Shown here: positions 32,299 through 44,178 of the stretch, piece after piece
Numbering within the stretch: the stretch's first letter is position 1
Layout of the letters: each line of letters begins with the position of its first letter
NCBI GenBank assembly: GCA_963779615.1
Contig: CAVZZA010000005.1
Location: 800,001 to 864,000 of the forward strand
Direction of reading: 5' to 3'
Source of the DNA: an uncultured Nitrososphaeraceae archaeon
GTDB lineage: Archaea > Thermoproteota > Nitrososphaeria > Nitrososphaerales > Nitrososphaeraceae
DNA: 64,000 nucleotides
Program-made: the position numbers and the translations under genes
Notes under the pieces: generated by a model
Seen by the model: only the letters and a program-made list of their open reading frames with translations
Told to the model about the DNA's origin: nothing
Databases searched by the model: none

Positions 32299-34165
32299 GC
32301 GACTTGGACCGCGGATATTTGGCCCCGGCTACAGATAATATTCACTAGCGGTGAAAGTGACACAGGAGCCAATGTCATCTGGATTGAAACAGACCGTTTT
32401 TCAATGGGGTTTGCCGTGCCTAAGTTTTTGCAGCAATAATGCAAATTCGCCACCGCATCGTCGATGTCGTGCACTGCCGAAAGACCAGTCTAACAATTAC
32501 AACTATTCCATAGATCCAAACCAGCGGTGGTATGGTATATGCTTTCTCCATGGTGAGTGGGTATGCGCATATCAAAAGCGCAAACATGCTGTGTCAGCCC
32601 CGGAAAGAGGCTATATGTGGCAACAGAAAACACACCCATCCCATCCTCAAACGAATGGTTTTGGCAAATGCCTGCCCTGTTCTCCTTATTGCGTTATATA
32701 AGCAATGTCAGCATAGATATACTTAAGGGTAAATCATTAAAGATTGGTGTATAAAAGTACACAACTCCTCCTATACTTATATATAAACATTTTGGCAAGG
32801 GTTGGATTCTCCTATTTTTAAGTGGGCCGTGTCGCATAGAGGCATCCTATCCCTTTTGAATCCAGCGATGATTATGTGACAACCCCAAAGCGGGTCATCC
32901 TCATCAATGTGCCAAGGTGAAGGGTGTCTGTTCGCGTGGAAGGGAAGGGGGATCGAGTCCATACACGATTGCTTTGGCATCCGAGGCCCATGCTTCCCCG
33001 GTGCCGCATGCCTCGGTCATCCGGAACCCGACCAGGCAGCAGGAAATACCTTCATACACTTGCGTGGGGATGTTATGGTGATGGTTATGGTGTACATGAA
33101 ACACGGATGAGGGAAGTACCATGCGGTTGCAACAAATTGCTGAAGGGAGGGAGCAACGCCCTGCACCATCATGTTTTTCAGTGGCTAAAGAAGGCCACAA
33201 GGCTATTCTGTATGTCTTGTCGACCCGGGGTAACCCATTTTAATATCTTTCTGACGTGTCGATTGGTGGTCTAATAATAAAAGAATTCCCCTATCAGTTG
33301 TATGTTAACCTGATTCTTTGCTTTCTTCTCTATGTGTTTGTGGTGGTTGTTGTTAACTTCAGGCAATAATGTCTCCCCTTCCTTTCCCTTCAATGGTTAT
33401 CAGAACTGAAAAATTATTTGAACCCGTATGGATAATGGACCCGAAGGGCTGTGACGATATCGGCCCCATTAAAAGATTTTATTGTATCAGATCCTAACGA
33501 CAATTTAAATATTTTGGATGCAAGTTTTTCATCTGCCATACTTTCTCTTTTCTTTTCTCTTTGCAGATGAGTAAAGAACAAAGGTTAGTAAATGATCTAT
33601 TTCTTTTATTAATAAAGCGAGTTCATCGGTACTAATGTAAGACCTTATGCAGGTGTCTTAACTTCTGTGATCCAGTCACACTGAAAACCATGTTTTTCCC
33701 GATGTTTAACAATTGCCCATTTATTTGGAGCATCAAGTAGACAAGAGAATTTGTCCTCTTCCTTGTTATGCATGATGTTATTATGCATAACACCAAATTA
33801 ATCTTTATGATAATTTTGTGCCTAAAGAACCCTTCATCAAGGCCTTTTAAACTGTGAACATTAAGGAACTGGCATTTTATTTTATCCCATAGTTTATCAT
33901 TTTTAAACATTGCAGACCAACCGACCGTACCATATTGGATATTGATAACACGAGCCTCATGATGATTAACACCTACCACAACCACTAAATCATACTACTA
34001 TGACCCATAAAAACCAAAAATGGAGCGCGTAATGCAGTAATTCAGTAAACAAAAATATAAATATTTAATATCCATATTGACAAAACTAAAATATTTTGTG
34101 ATAATCACCCTTTTCTTAGGATTATAATATAAATACTTGAATATTTATATTAGTTTGTAACTAAC

Positions 34166-35245
34166 ATGACATCAAACACCATTACTCCAGATAATATCGA
34201 TCAATCAAAGGTTCAGGAATTCATGATGAAGGCTGTTGGGGACATCGCTAGCAACATGAGTGCGATGACTATCATTTTGGGGGAAAGACTTGGCCTTTAT
34301 AAGGCAATGGCTGACTCAATACCCGTCACATCCGCAGAACTTGCAGCTAAAACAAACACCTATGAAAGATACATCAGGGAATGGCTTGCGAGCCAGGCCG
34401 CTGCAGGCTATGTAAAATACAATCCTTCAGACGGCAAATACACTCTTCCAGCGGAAAATGCATTTGTACTGACAGAGGAGAACAGTCCAGCATATATTCT
34501 AGGCGCATATCAATTATTACGCTCCATATTCAAAGACGAGGAAAAGTTTGTGGAAATGTTTAGGACAGGGAAAGGATTGCTGTGGGGAGAACATCACCAC
34601 GACCTTTTTGAAGGGACTGCAAAGTTCTTCAAGTCAGCCTATATTGGCAATCTTGTCCAATCATGGATTCCATCACTGGAGGGGGTGGAGGAAAAACTTC
34701 AACAAGGGGCAAAGGTAGCTGATATAGGGTGTGGTTATGGTGTCCCGACCCTCATAATGGCAAAATCCTATCCAAATTCTAAATTTTATGGGTTTGATAA
34801 TCACAAGGCTTCAATTGAATCAGCCCAACAATCGGCACAAAAGGAAGGATTGGCAGGCAGAGCTGAGTTCAGCGCAGTATCCGCTAATGAATCAATAGGC
34901 AATGATTATGATTTGGTCTCTTTTTTTGATTGTCTGCATGACATGGGTGACCCAATTGGTGCAATGAAATTTGCCAAACAATCGCTAAAACAAGATGGCA
35001 CATGTATGATAGTGGAGCCGATGGCAAATGACAATGTAGAGGATAACCTTAATTTGGTAGGAAGAATATACTACTCAGCTTCATCCATGATTTGTGTTCC
35101 CAATTCCGTAGCGGATAATGGACCCGCGTTAGGTGCACAAGCTGGTGAAAAAAGGATAAAAGAAATTGCAGAAAAGGCAGGATTCACCAAATTCAAAAGA
35201 GCTTCCCAAACACCCTTTAACATCGTATATGAGGCAAAGCCATGA
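34166..35245 (+). CDS. Class I SAM-dependent methyltransferase with N-terminal wHTH (Rv2258c-like)
   Basis: GERLGLYKAM, ERYIREWL, VADIGCGYG, FFDCLHDMGDP, LGAQAGE, TPFNIVYEA. Confidence 0.92.
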   Translation: MTSNTITPDNIDQSKVQEFMMKAVGDIASNMSAMTIILGERLGLYKAMADSIPVTSAELAAKTNTYERYIREWLASQAAAGYVKYNPSDGKYTLPAENAFVLTEENSPAYILGAYQLLRSIFKDEEKFVEMFRTGKGLLWGEHHHDLFEGTAKFFKSAYIGNLVQSWIPSLEGVEEKLQQGAKVADIGCGYGVPTLIMAKSYPNSKFYGFDNHKASIESAQQSAQKEGLAGRAEFSAVSANESIGNDYDLVSFFDCLHDMGDPIGAMKFAKQSLKQDGTCMIVEPMANDNVEDNLNLVGRIYYSASSMICVPNSVADNGPALGAQAGEKRIKEIAEKAGFTKFKRASQTPFNIVYEAKP

Positions 35246-35389
35246 ATATGCCAATGGCGTTTGGCTGAAACTCCCTGATTTTATCTGAACCAACCTAAAC
35301 CGAAGATATGATTTTTATCATGATACTACGGTGTTAAGTGATGGATTTGAAACCTAAATGGTTTTGGGCAAAATATTTATTATTTTTTG

Positions 35390-35790
35390 TTATCCACCAC
35401 CATTCTCCATGGTTTTGTTCTGCGACAGCTACAGCAGGGGCCCTAAAGTCTCTCCAGCATTGGTGCTTATTCTTGCCACAGGCTCATTACTCGCGCTATT
35501 GCGCTCTCACCATGTTACAGCCACATTATCACCCTCTGCGTCAATCATCGCGACAACCAATTCCGCATTGTGGTGTTGCTTAGGTTTATACTTTCGCCAA
35601 ATGTGGCACCGTTGTCGGTGGAACCCCTAAACATATCTTGTCATTGCCTGTTTTGTTTGACCACCATGCAACGGACGTTTTCACGAGATTTCAGTGGAGG
35701 CTTCCCTTTGGTCCATATCGACAACGGCTTTTCCTGCCACACATTGTTGTTGCACCAGCGGTCTTGCTGCTCCATGTTATCGCCAAGATA
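35390..35790 (-). pseudogene. Decayed BNR/Asp-box (sialidase-like) secreted protein; absent from the ORF track
   Basis: Manual minus-strand translation across frames: AWWSNKTGND.MFRGSTDNGATFGESINLSNTT...AEGDNVAVTW*ERNSASNEPVARISTNAGETLGP, with two SxxxGxT Asp-box-like motifs. Confidence 0.7.
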
Positions 35791-35882
35791 ATACCCAAAA
35801 CTAATAATACTTTCAAGGGAAACAGAACACCCTTGATCTACAGGTTTAAGCCAATAGAGATGATTTAACTCGGATTCCTTTC

Positions 35883-36755
35883 TTAATTAACGTCCAAAAA
35901 TGTTAGTATCACTTTACTGAACCTTTCAGGATACTGATACATCCATCCATGTCCTGCTCCCCTTATTTGTACAAGCCATACTAAAGGAATTTTTTCAACT
36001 AGCAGTAATGAAGATTTAGGAGTGGTGATTACATCTTCTGTTCCGACTAAGACCAGGGTGGGTTGAATAATTTGTGAAGGAGAATCGTAGAAGCCATTCC
36101 ATTTTATTATTGCTTCTGCTTGTTTTTGTGTGGTTTCAAGAGAAACTGTTCCTTTAAGTAGTGGAAAATAATTGATGTATTCGGGGTTTTTTTGAAGCCA
36201 AGGTTGAGGGAAAAACAATGAAAGAATTTGCCTTCCTTGCTCTTCAGGAGTGCCTGATATATTGTTCAAGGTTTCCATTAATTTAGGACCTGAAGGAACA
36301 GCCTTGTATCCACCAGGACCTGACCCATACAAGATAAGGTTGTTAACTTTATTTGGATGCAAAAGCGCCAAGTCCTGAGCAACATAGGAGCCCATTGACC
36401 ATCCAAAAACATCTGCTTTTTCTATATTGAGTGCATCCAACAAACCTGCAGCATCATTTGAAAGTTGACCAATAGAATATTCCCTGACTCCTAAGGAGGA
36501 ATTTTCAGTGCCTCTATGATTAAAGACTATTACACTGTAATTTAATGAAACAAGTTCTTTAAGTATGATAGGCTCCCACATATCCATAGTCACCCTAAAG
36601 CCAGGTATGAAAATTATTGGCTTACCACTCTTGTTGCCAAGTGTTTTGTACTCTATTTCTACATCATCAACTTTGGCTTTTTGTGTTGGAAAGTTGTCTA
36701 TATACTTGCTTGTTTGAGTTACCTTAGACATACTCAATCCACTAAGTAACACCAT
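35883..36755 (-). CDS. Alpha/beta hydrolase
   Basis: GWSMG nucleophile elbow, PTLVLVGTEDVI, GAGHG. Confidence 0.9.
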   Translation of the reverse strand: MVLLSGLSMSKVTQTSKYIDNFPTQKAKVDDVEIEYKTLGNKSGKPIIFIPGFRVTMDMWEPIILKELVSLNYSVIVFNHRGTENSSLGVREYSIGQLSNDAAGLLDALNIEKADVFGWSMGSYVAQDLALLHPNKVNNLILYGSGPGGYKAVPSGPKLMETLNNISGTPEEQGRQILSLFFPQPWLQKNPEYINYFPLLKGTVSLETTQKQAEAIIKWNGFYDSPSQIIQPTLVLVGTEDVITTPKSSLLLVEKIPLVWLVQIRGAGHGWMYQYPERFSKVILTFLDVN

Positions 36756-36957
36756 ACCCTTGTCACTATATAAGCATCTAACCGCATATTGGACTAGAAC
36801 GATAAAACACTCCTATCAAGATTTACTGACTGACAGCAAATATTTTAAATCAGACAAAGTCCTCGTCCTGTAGAATTTGGGCAAGATGCCGTCATTGTAC
36901 GACCCTGTATTTGAATTTTATATTTAACACAGAGTATTGGATAGATAATAGTCAATT

Positions 36958-37460
36958 ATGTCAAAAACATATGGCTTGAATGTTGTGGACATTTAAGTTC
37001 CTTTGCAATTGCCGATCAAACTTACGAATCTCAACTCGACAAACTAGCTGATCATGATAGTAAAAACATGAGAATAGAACTAAAAAAATTACTTCAAAAG
37101 GACATGTCCTTTGGATATGTATATGATTATGGGAGATCTACTGAAATAGAGATCAAAATTGTCTCATCCTGTCTATCCATAACAAAAAATAATAGCAAGT
37201 TTATCAAAATTTCCGCAAGAAATGATGATATTGATTTTAGGTGTTTTAAATGCAAAAAAGAAAGAGCTACGGAGATATGTACTATTTGTAGTTATGAAAA
37301 AGAAGGTGGTAGAACACAATCTTCGTTTTGTAAACCCTTTGCCGTGAAACACGAATGTGGTGAAGAAATGACTTTACCGATTGTTAATTCACCCGGTCAG
37401 GTATCTGTGGTATACAGGCGAGTTTTGAAACCATATTCAGGGTTTAAATTCAATTTCTAA
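36958..37460 (+). pseudogene. Fragment of a pRiA4b ORF-3 / IS1096-passenger-like Zn-binding protein
   Basis: IWLECCGHLSSF in frame upstream of the ORF, YVYDYGRSTE, ARN..., CxxC..CxxC, LPIVNSP/RSGICG (frameshifted); N-terminus missing. Confidence 0.65.
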
Positions 37461-38299
37461 TTATAAATAAAATATTCTCAAGGTTGAAATCCTAGATTAT
37501 GTTATATGATTGTATCTTTTACTTCCTTTCTTCTTTGATTAATCTTTGATTATCCTAAATCCTGTAATTGTATATTCTAAAATGTCGAGTGTAACTAATT
37601 TGTATTCCCCATTTCTAAATTTATTATGGACTGCATAAACATGAAATTTTATTTTTGAATAATGACACTAATTCATCGTTAAATCGTGATTCTCATTGAA
37701 ATAAAGGCCAATATTCTGATATTCAAATCCATAGTATGTCATGAAGTTCGGTTTAATCTTATTGCCTATATTTTATTTATCTGTCGTACATGCATGTTGC
37801 ACATGCTCAGAGTCTTACGGATTCCATAAATAATGCAGTAAATAACGACATTGCGAACACATTTGACTAGATATGAGAATACAGAGAGCACCACAACTGA
37901 GAAGGACCATAATCAGTTCAATTAGATAAGATCTGCGTCTAGAGAACACCGAATGGAAAATGTTGATAAATGATGTTGATGGGTGATGATAATGAAAAGA
38001 AAAAAGCTAACGAAAAGGAGGAGAAATAGTCAGTCTATAAAAACAGGTTATTAGATCTAAATACTTGGACTACTCATCTGTGGTATGAGTCAATGCATTA
38101 GCTATTACTTGTCATAGCAATTTCTGTTAGCTCATTTGTGGTTCTAATACAAAATTACAGTAATAAGTCAAAAAGTGATCGCTTTAGAGTGGCGTTGGAC
38201 ATTGATTATACAATATAAGATAAGATGATATACAAGGAGAATGCTATCAATATCTACTTAATTTCAATAACGCGTAATGAATCGACACTGTGAAGAGTT

Positions 38300-38735
38300 T
38301 GAATTGCTAACTCCCGATCCACTCCGCATGGATTTTCTGGGATCAGGGTCACCAATCATTTCCATCAATACAATTGGCGTAACTTGCCATGCTATTCCAT
38401 ATTTATCTTTCAACCAGCCACACTGTATCTTTTGTCCTCCTGTGGATAGTTTTTCCCAGTATTCAACCCACCTCTTGCTGGATATTACAGTTTACCATAA
38501 AAGATATTGATTCTGTGAATTCAGATCGGGTCCCACCATTTAATGCCACGAATCCATGGCCATCAAGTTCAAAAGATACCCTCATTACACTGCCTTTCGG
38601 CCCAGGTCCTGCTTCACCATAATAAATAATTTTCTTGACTTTGGAATTTTTGAACATCGAGACATAAAATTTGGCCGCAGCCTCAGACTGGTTGTCAAAC
38701 CACAGAAATGGGCTGATTCTTTGTATGTTTTACAT
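38300..38735 (-). pseudogene. VOC / PhnB (3-demethylubiquinone-9 3-methyltransferase-like) family, disrupted
   Basis: M*NIQRISPFLWFDNQSEAAAKFYVS..LNGG..FTESISFMVNC..QCGWLKDKYGIAWQV; stop at codon 2 and a further break near 38460. Confidence 0.85.
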
Positions 38736-39084
38736 TTAAGATGGACTCTCCGTTTCATCTATACCTAGTTTGTTCATCAAATACCCATACCTTGTATGAT
38801 ATAAAAATCAGAAAGGGGGCAAAAGTATGGTAGTGATTCATAAGAATGACAATAATAACTTTCAAATGGAATGAACATTTTGACTTGTGCTTAAAACAGG
38901 AGTACTCAATTCTTTATCTATGGGCATATGGCGACAATCTATTTCAAAACTATGGATTGACATTTCACCATTCACTCCCTATGAGTATATCGAGGTATGC
39001 AATAAAGCATGTTTGAATTCAAGTTTCACAACCTTTCATTATTTCAATATCAAGTTTATACTGAACTAATTTTTACGAATATGC

Positions 39085-40143
39085 TGGTGTGTTGAATAAC
39101 TACTTTCTCAAACGAGCTATATAGCTCCTTTTAGTAGAATGGATGTTGTCTGATAACTCCAGGAAGGACAAAAAGAAAAAACCAAAGAGGAAGGTTAACT
39201 GGCGTGAATATAATGAGTCTCTTGTTAGACGAGGTGAAATGTTGTTTGATTCTGGTTTTTTACAGAACTGGCGAGCAGAGCTAAAGAAAATGAACAAAGG
39301 AAAGGAAGGCCCTCACTTTCGCTACCCGAATTCCTTGATATCGCTGCTCGCCATCGTACATGCGTACCTACTTCCATACCGTCAATTAGAGGGCTTTCTT
39401 CGAATGATGTCAATTCATATAAAGAAGCTCCGGGAAACAGTACCAGATTTCACAACAATCTGGTGGAGAGTAGAAAGGACAAAGATAAACCTGGATCCAA
39501 ACATAAATCCAGAAAAAGACGACATAGTGATAGCAGTTGACAGCACTGGTATCAAGGTAACAAACAGAGGCGAATGGATACTTGACAAATGGAAGAATAA
39601 AAAAAGGATGAGGAAAGGATTTATCAAAATACACGTAGCCGTAGACATAAAGACAAAGAAGATTGTGTAAATGAGTGTAACAAAAGAAGATGTTTATGAT
39701 GGAAAGATGTTGAAAGAGTTGGTCGATGGTGTTTCTAAAAAGCATTCCATCAAAAAGGTATTGGCAGATGGGGGTTATGATTCTAAAGACAATTTTGGGT
39801 ATCTTGATAGACTGAATATATTACCGGTCATCAAAGTAAGAAAAAATTCATCGGTTAAGAACAACACCAGATGCATTCCACGAAAACTATCAGTAATGCA
39901 GCAACTTGAAGATATAAAGCGATGGAAGAAAAGACACGGATATGGCATGCGATGGATGGCCGAATCTGCATTCTCCTCCATCAAAAGAATGTTTGGTGAA
40001 TACGCACATTCTGCAAAGTGGAACAACATCGTAAATGAACTGATGTTAAAGGCATCGATCTATAACTTGTTTATGGACAAGATGACGACATGATGCAACA
40101 CTAGCATAATTGGTTGTATCCAAATTAGTTATTCGACAGAGCA
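39085..40143 (+). mobile_element. IS5-family insertion sequence, 1059 bp
   Basis: IRL TGGTGTGTTGAATAACTA versus reverse complement of IRR TGCTCTGTCGAATAACTA (15/18); 8-bp TSD GAATATGC at 39077-39084 and 40144-40151. Confidence 0.93.
39143..40093 (+). pseudogene. IS5-family DDE transposase interrupted by one in-frame TAA (39668-39670)
   Basis: NWREYNESLVRRGE, PDFTTI, AVDSTGIK, KIHVAVD, ADGGYDS, GYGMRWMAESAFSSIKR. Confidence 0.92.
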
Positions 40144-40223
40144 GAATATGCCATAACTGAACTGCAGTTAAATATGAGTTACCCGGAGTAACTAACTTAT
40201 AGCAGTATTGGATAATTATATTT

Positions 40224-40796
40224 GTGAAGAGAGATTCTTATGCCTGTAGTAAATGCAAACAAAGTTTTGGTAGAAAATATAATGCAGAGCGCCATAATGA
40301 GCGAATGCATGATGGCTTAGCCACTATCGACAATAAAGAAATCAAACCTGTTTCTTCGCTTGAGACAAAAACAAAACATGTATTTTATAAAAACAAGTTC
40401 AAGCATTTTCGAACACATCCACCCACTTTAAAAGATGATTTCATTTATGAGTTGCTTTCCAAATATGCCAGTTTTGAATCTGGTGTCGATGAGCTTAAAA
40501 TCATGAGAGTCTTTGGCCAGTTATGTCCCCATTTTGAGGAACTTGAAAAGTTATTGTCTAATCACAAAGAAAATGAAAAAGCAGGTATCCTTACTCGAAT
40601 TCTTACTTCCTGTTTCAGTTCTTATAGGCCGGTTAAATCTTTGGAAGACACAGTCAAAATATATCGATCAGTAGAAGGTTTAAAAAAAATGGCCAAATAT
40701 TATGCAAAATCCAAGAGTATTTCATCGGAGATGGCAACAAAATCTTTAATGGAATTAGTTAAAAATGGTGCTTATTTTAAAAATAACATTAATTGA
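40224..40796 (+). CDS. Hypothetical protein with an N-terminal C2H2-type zinc finger
   Basis: YACSKCKQSFGRKYNAERHNERMH (CxxC-x12-H-x4-H). Confidence 0.75.
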   Translation: MKRDSYACSKCKQSFGRKYNAERHNERMHDGLATIDNKEIKPVSSLETKTKHVFYKNKFKHFRTHPPTLKDDFIYELLSKYASFESGVDELKIMRVFGQLCPHFEELEKLLSNHKENEKAGILTRILTSCFSSYRPVKSLEDTVKIYRSVEGLKKMAKYYAKSKSISSEMATKSLMELVKNGAYFKNNIN

Positions 40797-41657
40797 TTTA
40801 TTGTGAATGTCATGTTTACAAATCTACCGCTTTTCCTTATCGTCGGTTTATTTTATGCTAGCAAATTTGTTAACAATTTAATTTTATTCTGGATCTAAAC
40901 TTCTAATTTTTTGTTAACAATTTGGCTTTCCAAACTTAAATTTGTCGAAACCTTCCAAAACGATGTCGATGGACTGAACGGGAAAAATTTTAAATTTTTC
41001 AAAATTTTTCAGGTTAAAATAATATGCAATTTGAGCATTACTATGAAAATCATATGAATAAAAATTGGATAATCCGCAAATATAGATATTTTTATTAATT
41101 CAAAAACGATATGAATAGCAAAGAATTGGAAGAAGATGAATCCCCTTTCACCGGAACAACCATGAAAAAATACAAAAGGCAAATGGTTTGAGCTTGTGAC
41201 AGTGTGAGTGTGACAAGATTCTGTCACACGCAAAAATATAACTAGGTATAGACACACAGAAAAACAATGCTTGTTTGTAGATATTAGCCATTAACAACGA
41301 CAAATAGAAATAAGACAATAAGAACAGCTAAAGTATCAAATCAAATTATGCCATATGTTACGTGCATGGGATGCAAATCAAATGCCAATAAACAAGAAAA
41401 CAAACTGGGACATTCTTGGCTGCAGAATCAATACCAGAATCCAAAATCATATTAATTCCTGTTATAGTAAATTTTTTCTTAGAGGGTATATAAATAATAA
41501 AGATTTACAATCGGTTTAAATCATGGAGATCTTTTGAATCTAATTGAAAAAAATAAAACAAAGGATGCTTATGGATCATTGGGTATATTTCTTCATTTAG
41601 TTGTGTCAACATAGTACATGTATTATTATTGATAATGATAAAGCAAGAGGATGTAAA

Positions 41658-42144
41658 TTGTTAATAAAAAAGATTCTAGTGCCATTTGATAATATAAAAT
41701 ATTCAGAAAAGTGTCTCCTATGTGCTGTAAATTTAACTAAAATAGTTTTCCAATGGAGTAGGGGGAAACCTACTGTTAGTATTCTCTTATCACACGTAAT
41801 TCAGGAATCACCCATCACTAAATCTCGATAAGCCAGTTAGGAGCAAAGCGACATCATTGAGTCAACTCGCTTTAGCTATATATATCGAAATGGAAGACGA
41901 TATGAAAAAAGTCATCAAAGAAAAAATTATCGAATTTGAACCGACAGAGGGAGTTAAAATAGAATATTCCATACTGTATGGTAACCCTGCAAATGAAATT
42001 GTGGATTACGCTACAAAAAATAAGGTAGATTTGCTAATAATGGGAAGTAATGGTCTGCAAGGATTGGCCAAGATAAAGGGATTGGGAAGTGTATCTAGAA
42101 AAGTGTCAGAAAGGGTATCGTGCCCTATTACAATAATACGATAG
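41658..42144 (+). pseudogene. Universal stress protein (UspA-like), frameshifted near 41826
   Basis: KKILVPFD..; GNPANEIVDYA..VDLLIMGSNG...LGSVSRKV..CPITII in two frames. Confidence 0.85.
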
Positions 42145-42247
42145 ATAGAGACAAATTTACTTGTCTCATTTATTTTCTACTAAAATAATCAGAAATATCA
42201 AGGATTTAAAACAGTCTCCATAGAGATTAATTGAGTGCATAAGAATC

Positions 42248-43546
42248 ATGAGTTTTAAATTTCATGATAGGTCATCAAGACATAAGAAAAATAGGACGGT
42301 TGAAAATGTCTTGGTATTACAGGGTGGTGGTTCTCTTGGTGCCTTTGCATGTGGGGTATTTAAGGCTTTGGTTAAGGAACATATCAAGATAGATGTAGTT
42401 GCTGGAACATCAATTGGAGCTATCAATGCGGCAATCATAGCTGGTAGTAAAAGCAATCAACCAGAGGTAGACCTAGAAAACTTCTGGATAGAATTGGCAG
42501 AAAGTAGCTATGAAATCATTCCCAATTATTTAACATTTTTCTATGATTTTCAAAAAAATGCAATGAATTTGCGAAATAACCCTTCTGGATCGACTAATGC
42601 GGCAGCATTAGGTGTACCCAAAATGTTCCTTCCAAGATGGAATCCTGTTTATATATTTCAAGACAGGGACTATTTCATACCTCAAAACTGGACCTATTAC
42701 TATGATAATACTCCCTTAGTAAAGACCCTTGAAAAATACATTGACTATCAAAGATTGGCTCCAGATACAATTAAAGGGAATAAAAAAAAGAATAATTCTG
42801 GAATAGATTCTAATTCCAAAATTAGACTAATAGTTACTGCTGTAAATGTACTTACAGCTGAACCATTAGTTTTTGATAGCGATCGCTCGTCTATCGTTTC
42901 CAAACATCTGTTAGCAAGCTGTGGATATCCAAATTATGGATTTCCTTGGGTTGAAATAGAGAAAGGAGTTTACGGATGGGATGGAAGTTTACTAAGCAAT
43001 ACTCCAGTAAGAGAAGTTATTGCTTCATCCCCACGAAATGATAAGAACATCTTCATTGTTGAAAATTATAGTAGGAAAATAGATAGATTGCCTGCCAATA
43101 TGACGGAGGTATTGGATAGGGCAAAAGATATCATGTTCAGTGATAAAACCATCCATAGTCTAAAAATGGCAAAGGTCATGACTAGACAAATACAATTGAT
43201 AGAAAAACTTTACGAATACTTTGAAAAATCAGAGAATAAAACTATCTTACATAATGGTAATGTCGGCGGAAAAACTATTGATATAGGTAATGATTATACC
43301 TTCACATACAACGAAGTTGAAAAAATAAGGAAAGAGTATAAGAATCTTGTTCATAACCGTGGCGCAGAAATACTTTCAGTAACAAGAATATTGCGTAGCA
43401 GAATTGAAAATCCTCATGTTTCAAAGAATGCAGATTTTTCTGTTAAAACAATAAAGCAAATGATATCAGAAGGTGAAAGAAAAACTTTGCAACAAATAAA
43501 GGAATTTAGAGAAAATAATGAATATAATTACCATTCACACCTATAA
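42248..43546 (+). CDS. Patatin-like phospholipase/esterase (DUF3734-type C-terminus)
   Basis: LQGGGSLGAF, GTSIG (Ser), WDGSLLSNTP (Asp), C-terminal ADFS. Confidence 0.92.
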   Translation: MSFKFHDRSSRHKKNRTVENVLVLQGGGSLGAFACGVFKALVKEHIKIDVVAGTSIGAINAAIIAGSKSNQPEVDLENFWIELAESSYEIIPNYLTFFYDFQKNAMNLRNNPSGSTNAAALGVPKMFLPRWNPVYIFQDRDYFIPQNWTYYYDNTPLVKTLEKYIDYQRLAPDTIKGNKKKNNSGIDSNSKIRLIVTAVNVLTAEPLVFDSDRSSIVSKHLLASCGYPNYGFPWVEIEKGVYGWDGSLLSNTPVREVIASSPRNDKNIFIVENYSRKIDRLPANMTEVLDRAKDIMFSDKTIHSLKMAKVMTRQIQLIEKLYEYFEKSENKTILHNGNVGGKTIDIGNDYTFTYNEVEKIRKEYKNLVHNRGAEILSVTRILRSRIENPHVSKNADFSVKTIKQMISEGERKTLQQIKEFRENNEYNYHSHL

Positions 43547-43704
43547 TTACTAGATGGCATATATCAAATATTAAGGGAAAGAAGATTAACAAAATTTAAA
43601 ATTATTATCGATAATCCCAAGATACGACTTGATACGTGGATTAATACCGTCTCAACAAATGATAAAATGAATTATTCTTAAATATAAACAAGATGATATA
43701 GTAT

Positions 43705-44144
43705 ATGATGAAGGTAAATACTACAGAAGAACAATTATCGTACCTATCCGAATTAACCGTAGAAAAAAGAAGTGGAAACTCTGAAAAATTTAGTGAGGAA
43801 AACTAATTAGAGGAATTAGCAGGGCCGGTACGCCTTTCATGCTTGCCAAAGATATTTCAAAATCAATAATTAGTAAGTTGGCTGAGAATCCTCCTATTGA
43901 TAATCTCATCTATTCAAGTAAAATCAGAGAACATGTTACTGAAGAATTGAAACAAAGAAATCAAGGTACAATTGCTGAGTCATATGTAGGATATAGCAAA
44001 AATAGTGTTACATCTATCAATGAAGAACAACTACACAATAGTAAATACGATTCAAAAGTATCTCAAACTGCATATACAAAATCAAAACAGTTTGCTAAAG
44101 ACAAGGATAATACCTCAGGAAGAGGATCAAAAACGGGAATTTAA
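43705..44144 (+). pseudogene. Stand-alone ATP-cone domain protein with a 1-nt deletion in an A-run near 43800
   Basis: VEKRSGNSEKFSEE(K)LIRGISRAG...IYSSKIREHVTEEL..AESY. Confidence 0.75.
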
Positions 44145-44178
44145 TAAAGGATCATTTCTTTTTCTGGCTACGAATATT

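Noticed and set aside
32372-32405. ATTGAAAC motif resembling a CRISPR repeat end
   Set aside because: Single occurrence with no periodic repeats.
33632-33985. 117-aa minus-strand ORF, vaguely receiver-domain-like
   Set aside because: Lacks the acidic pocket, phospho-Asp and Lys motifs and has no convincing start.
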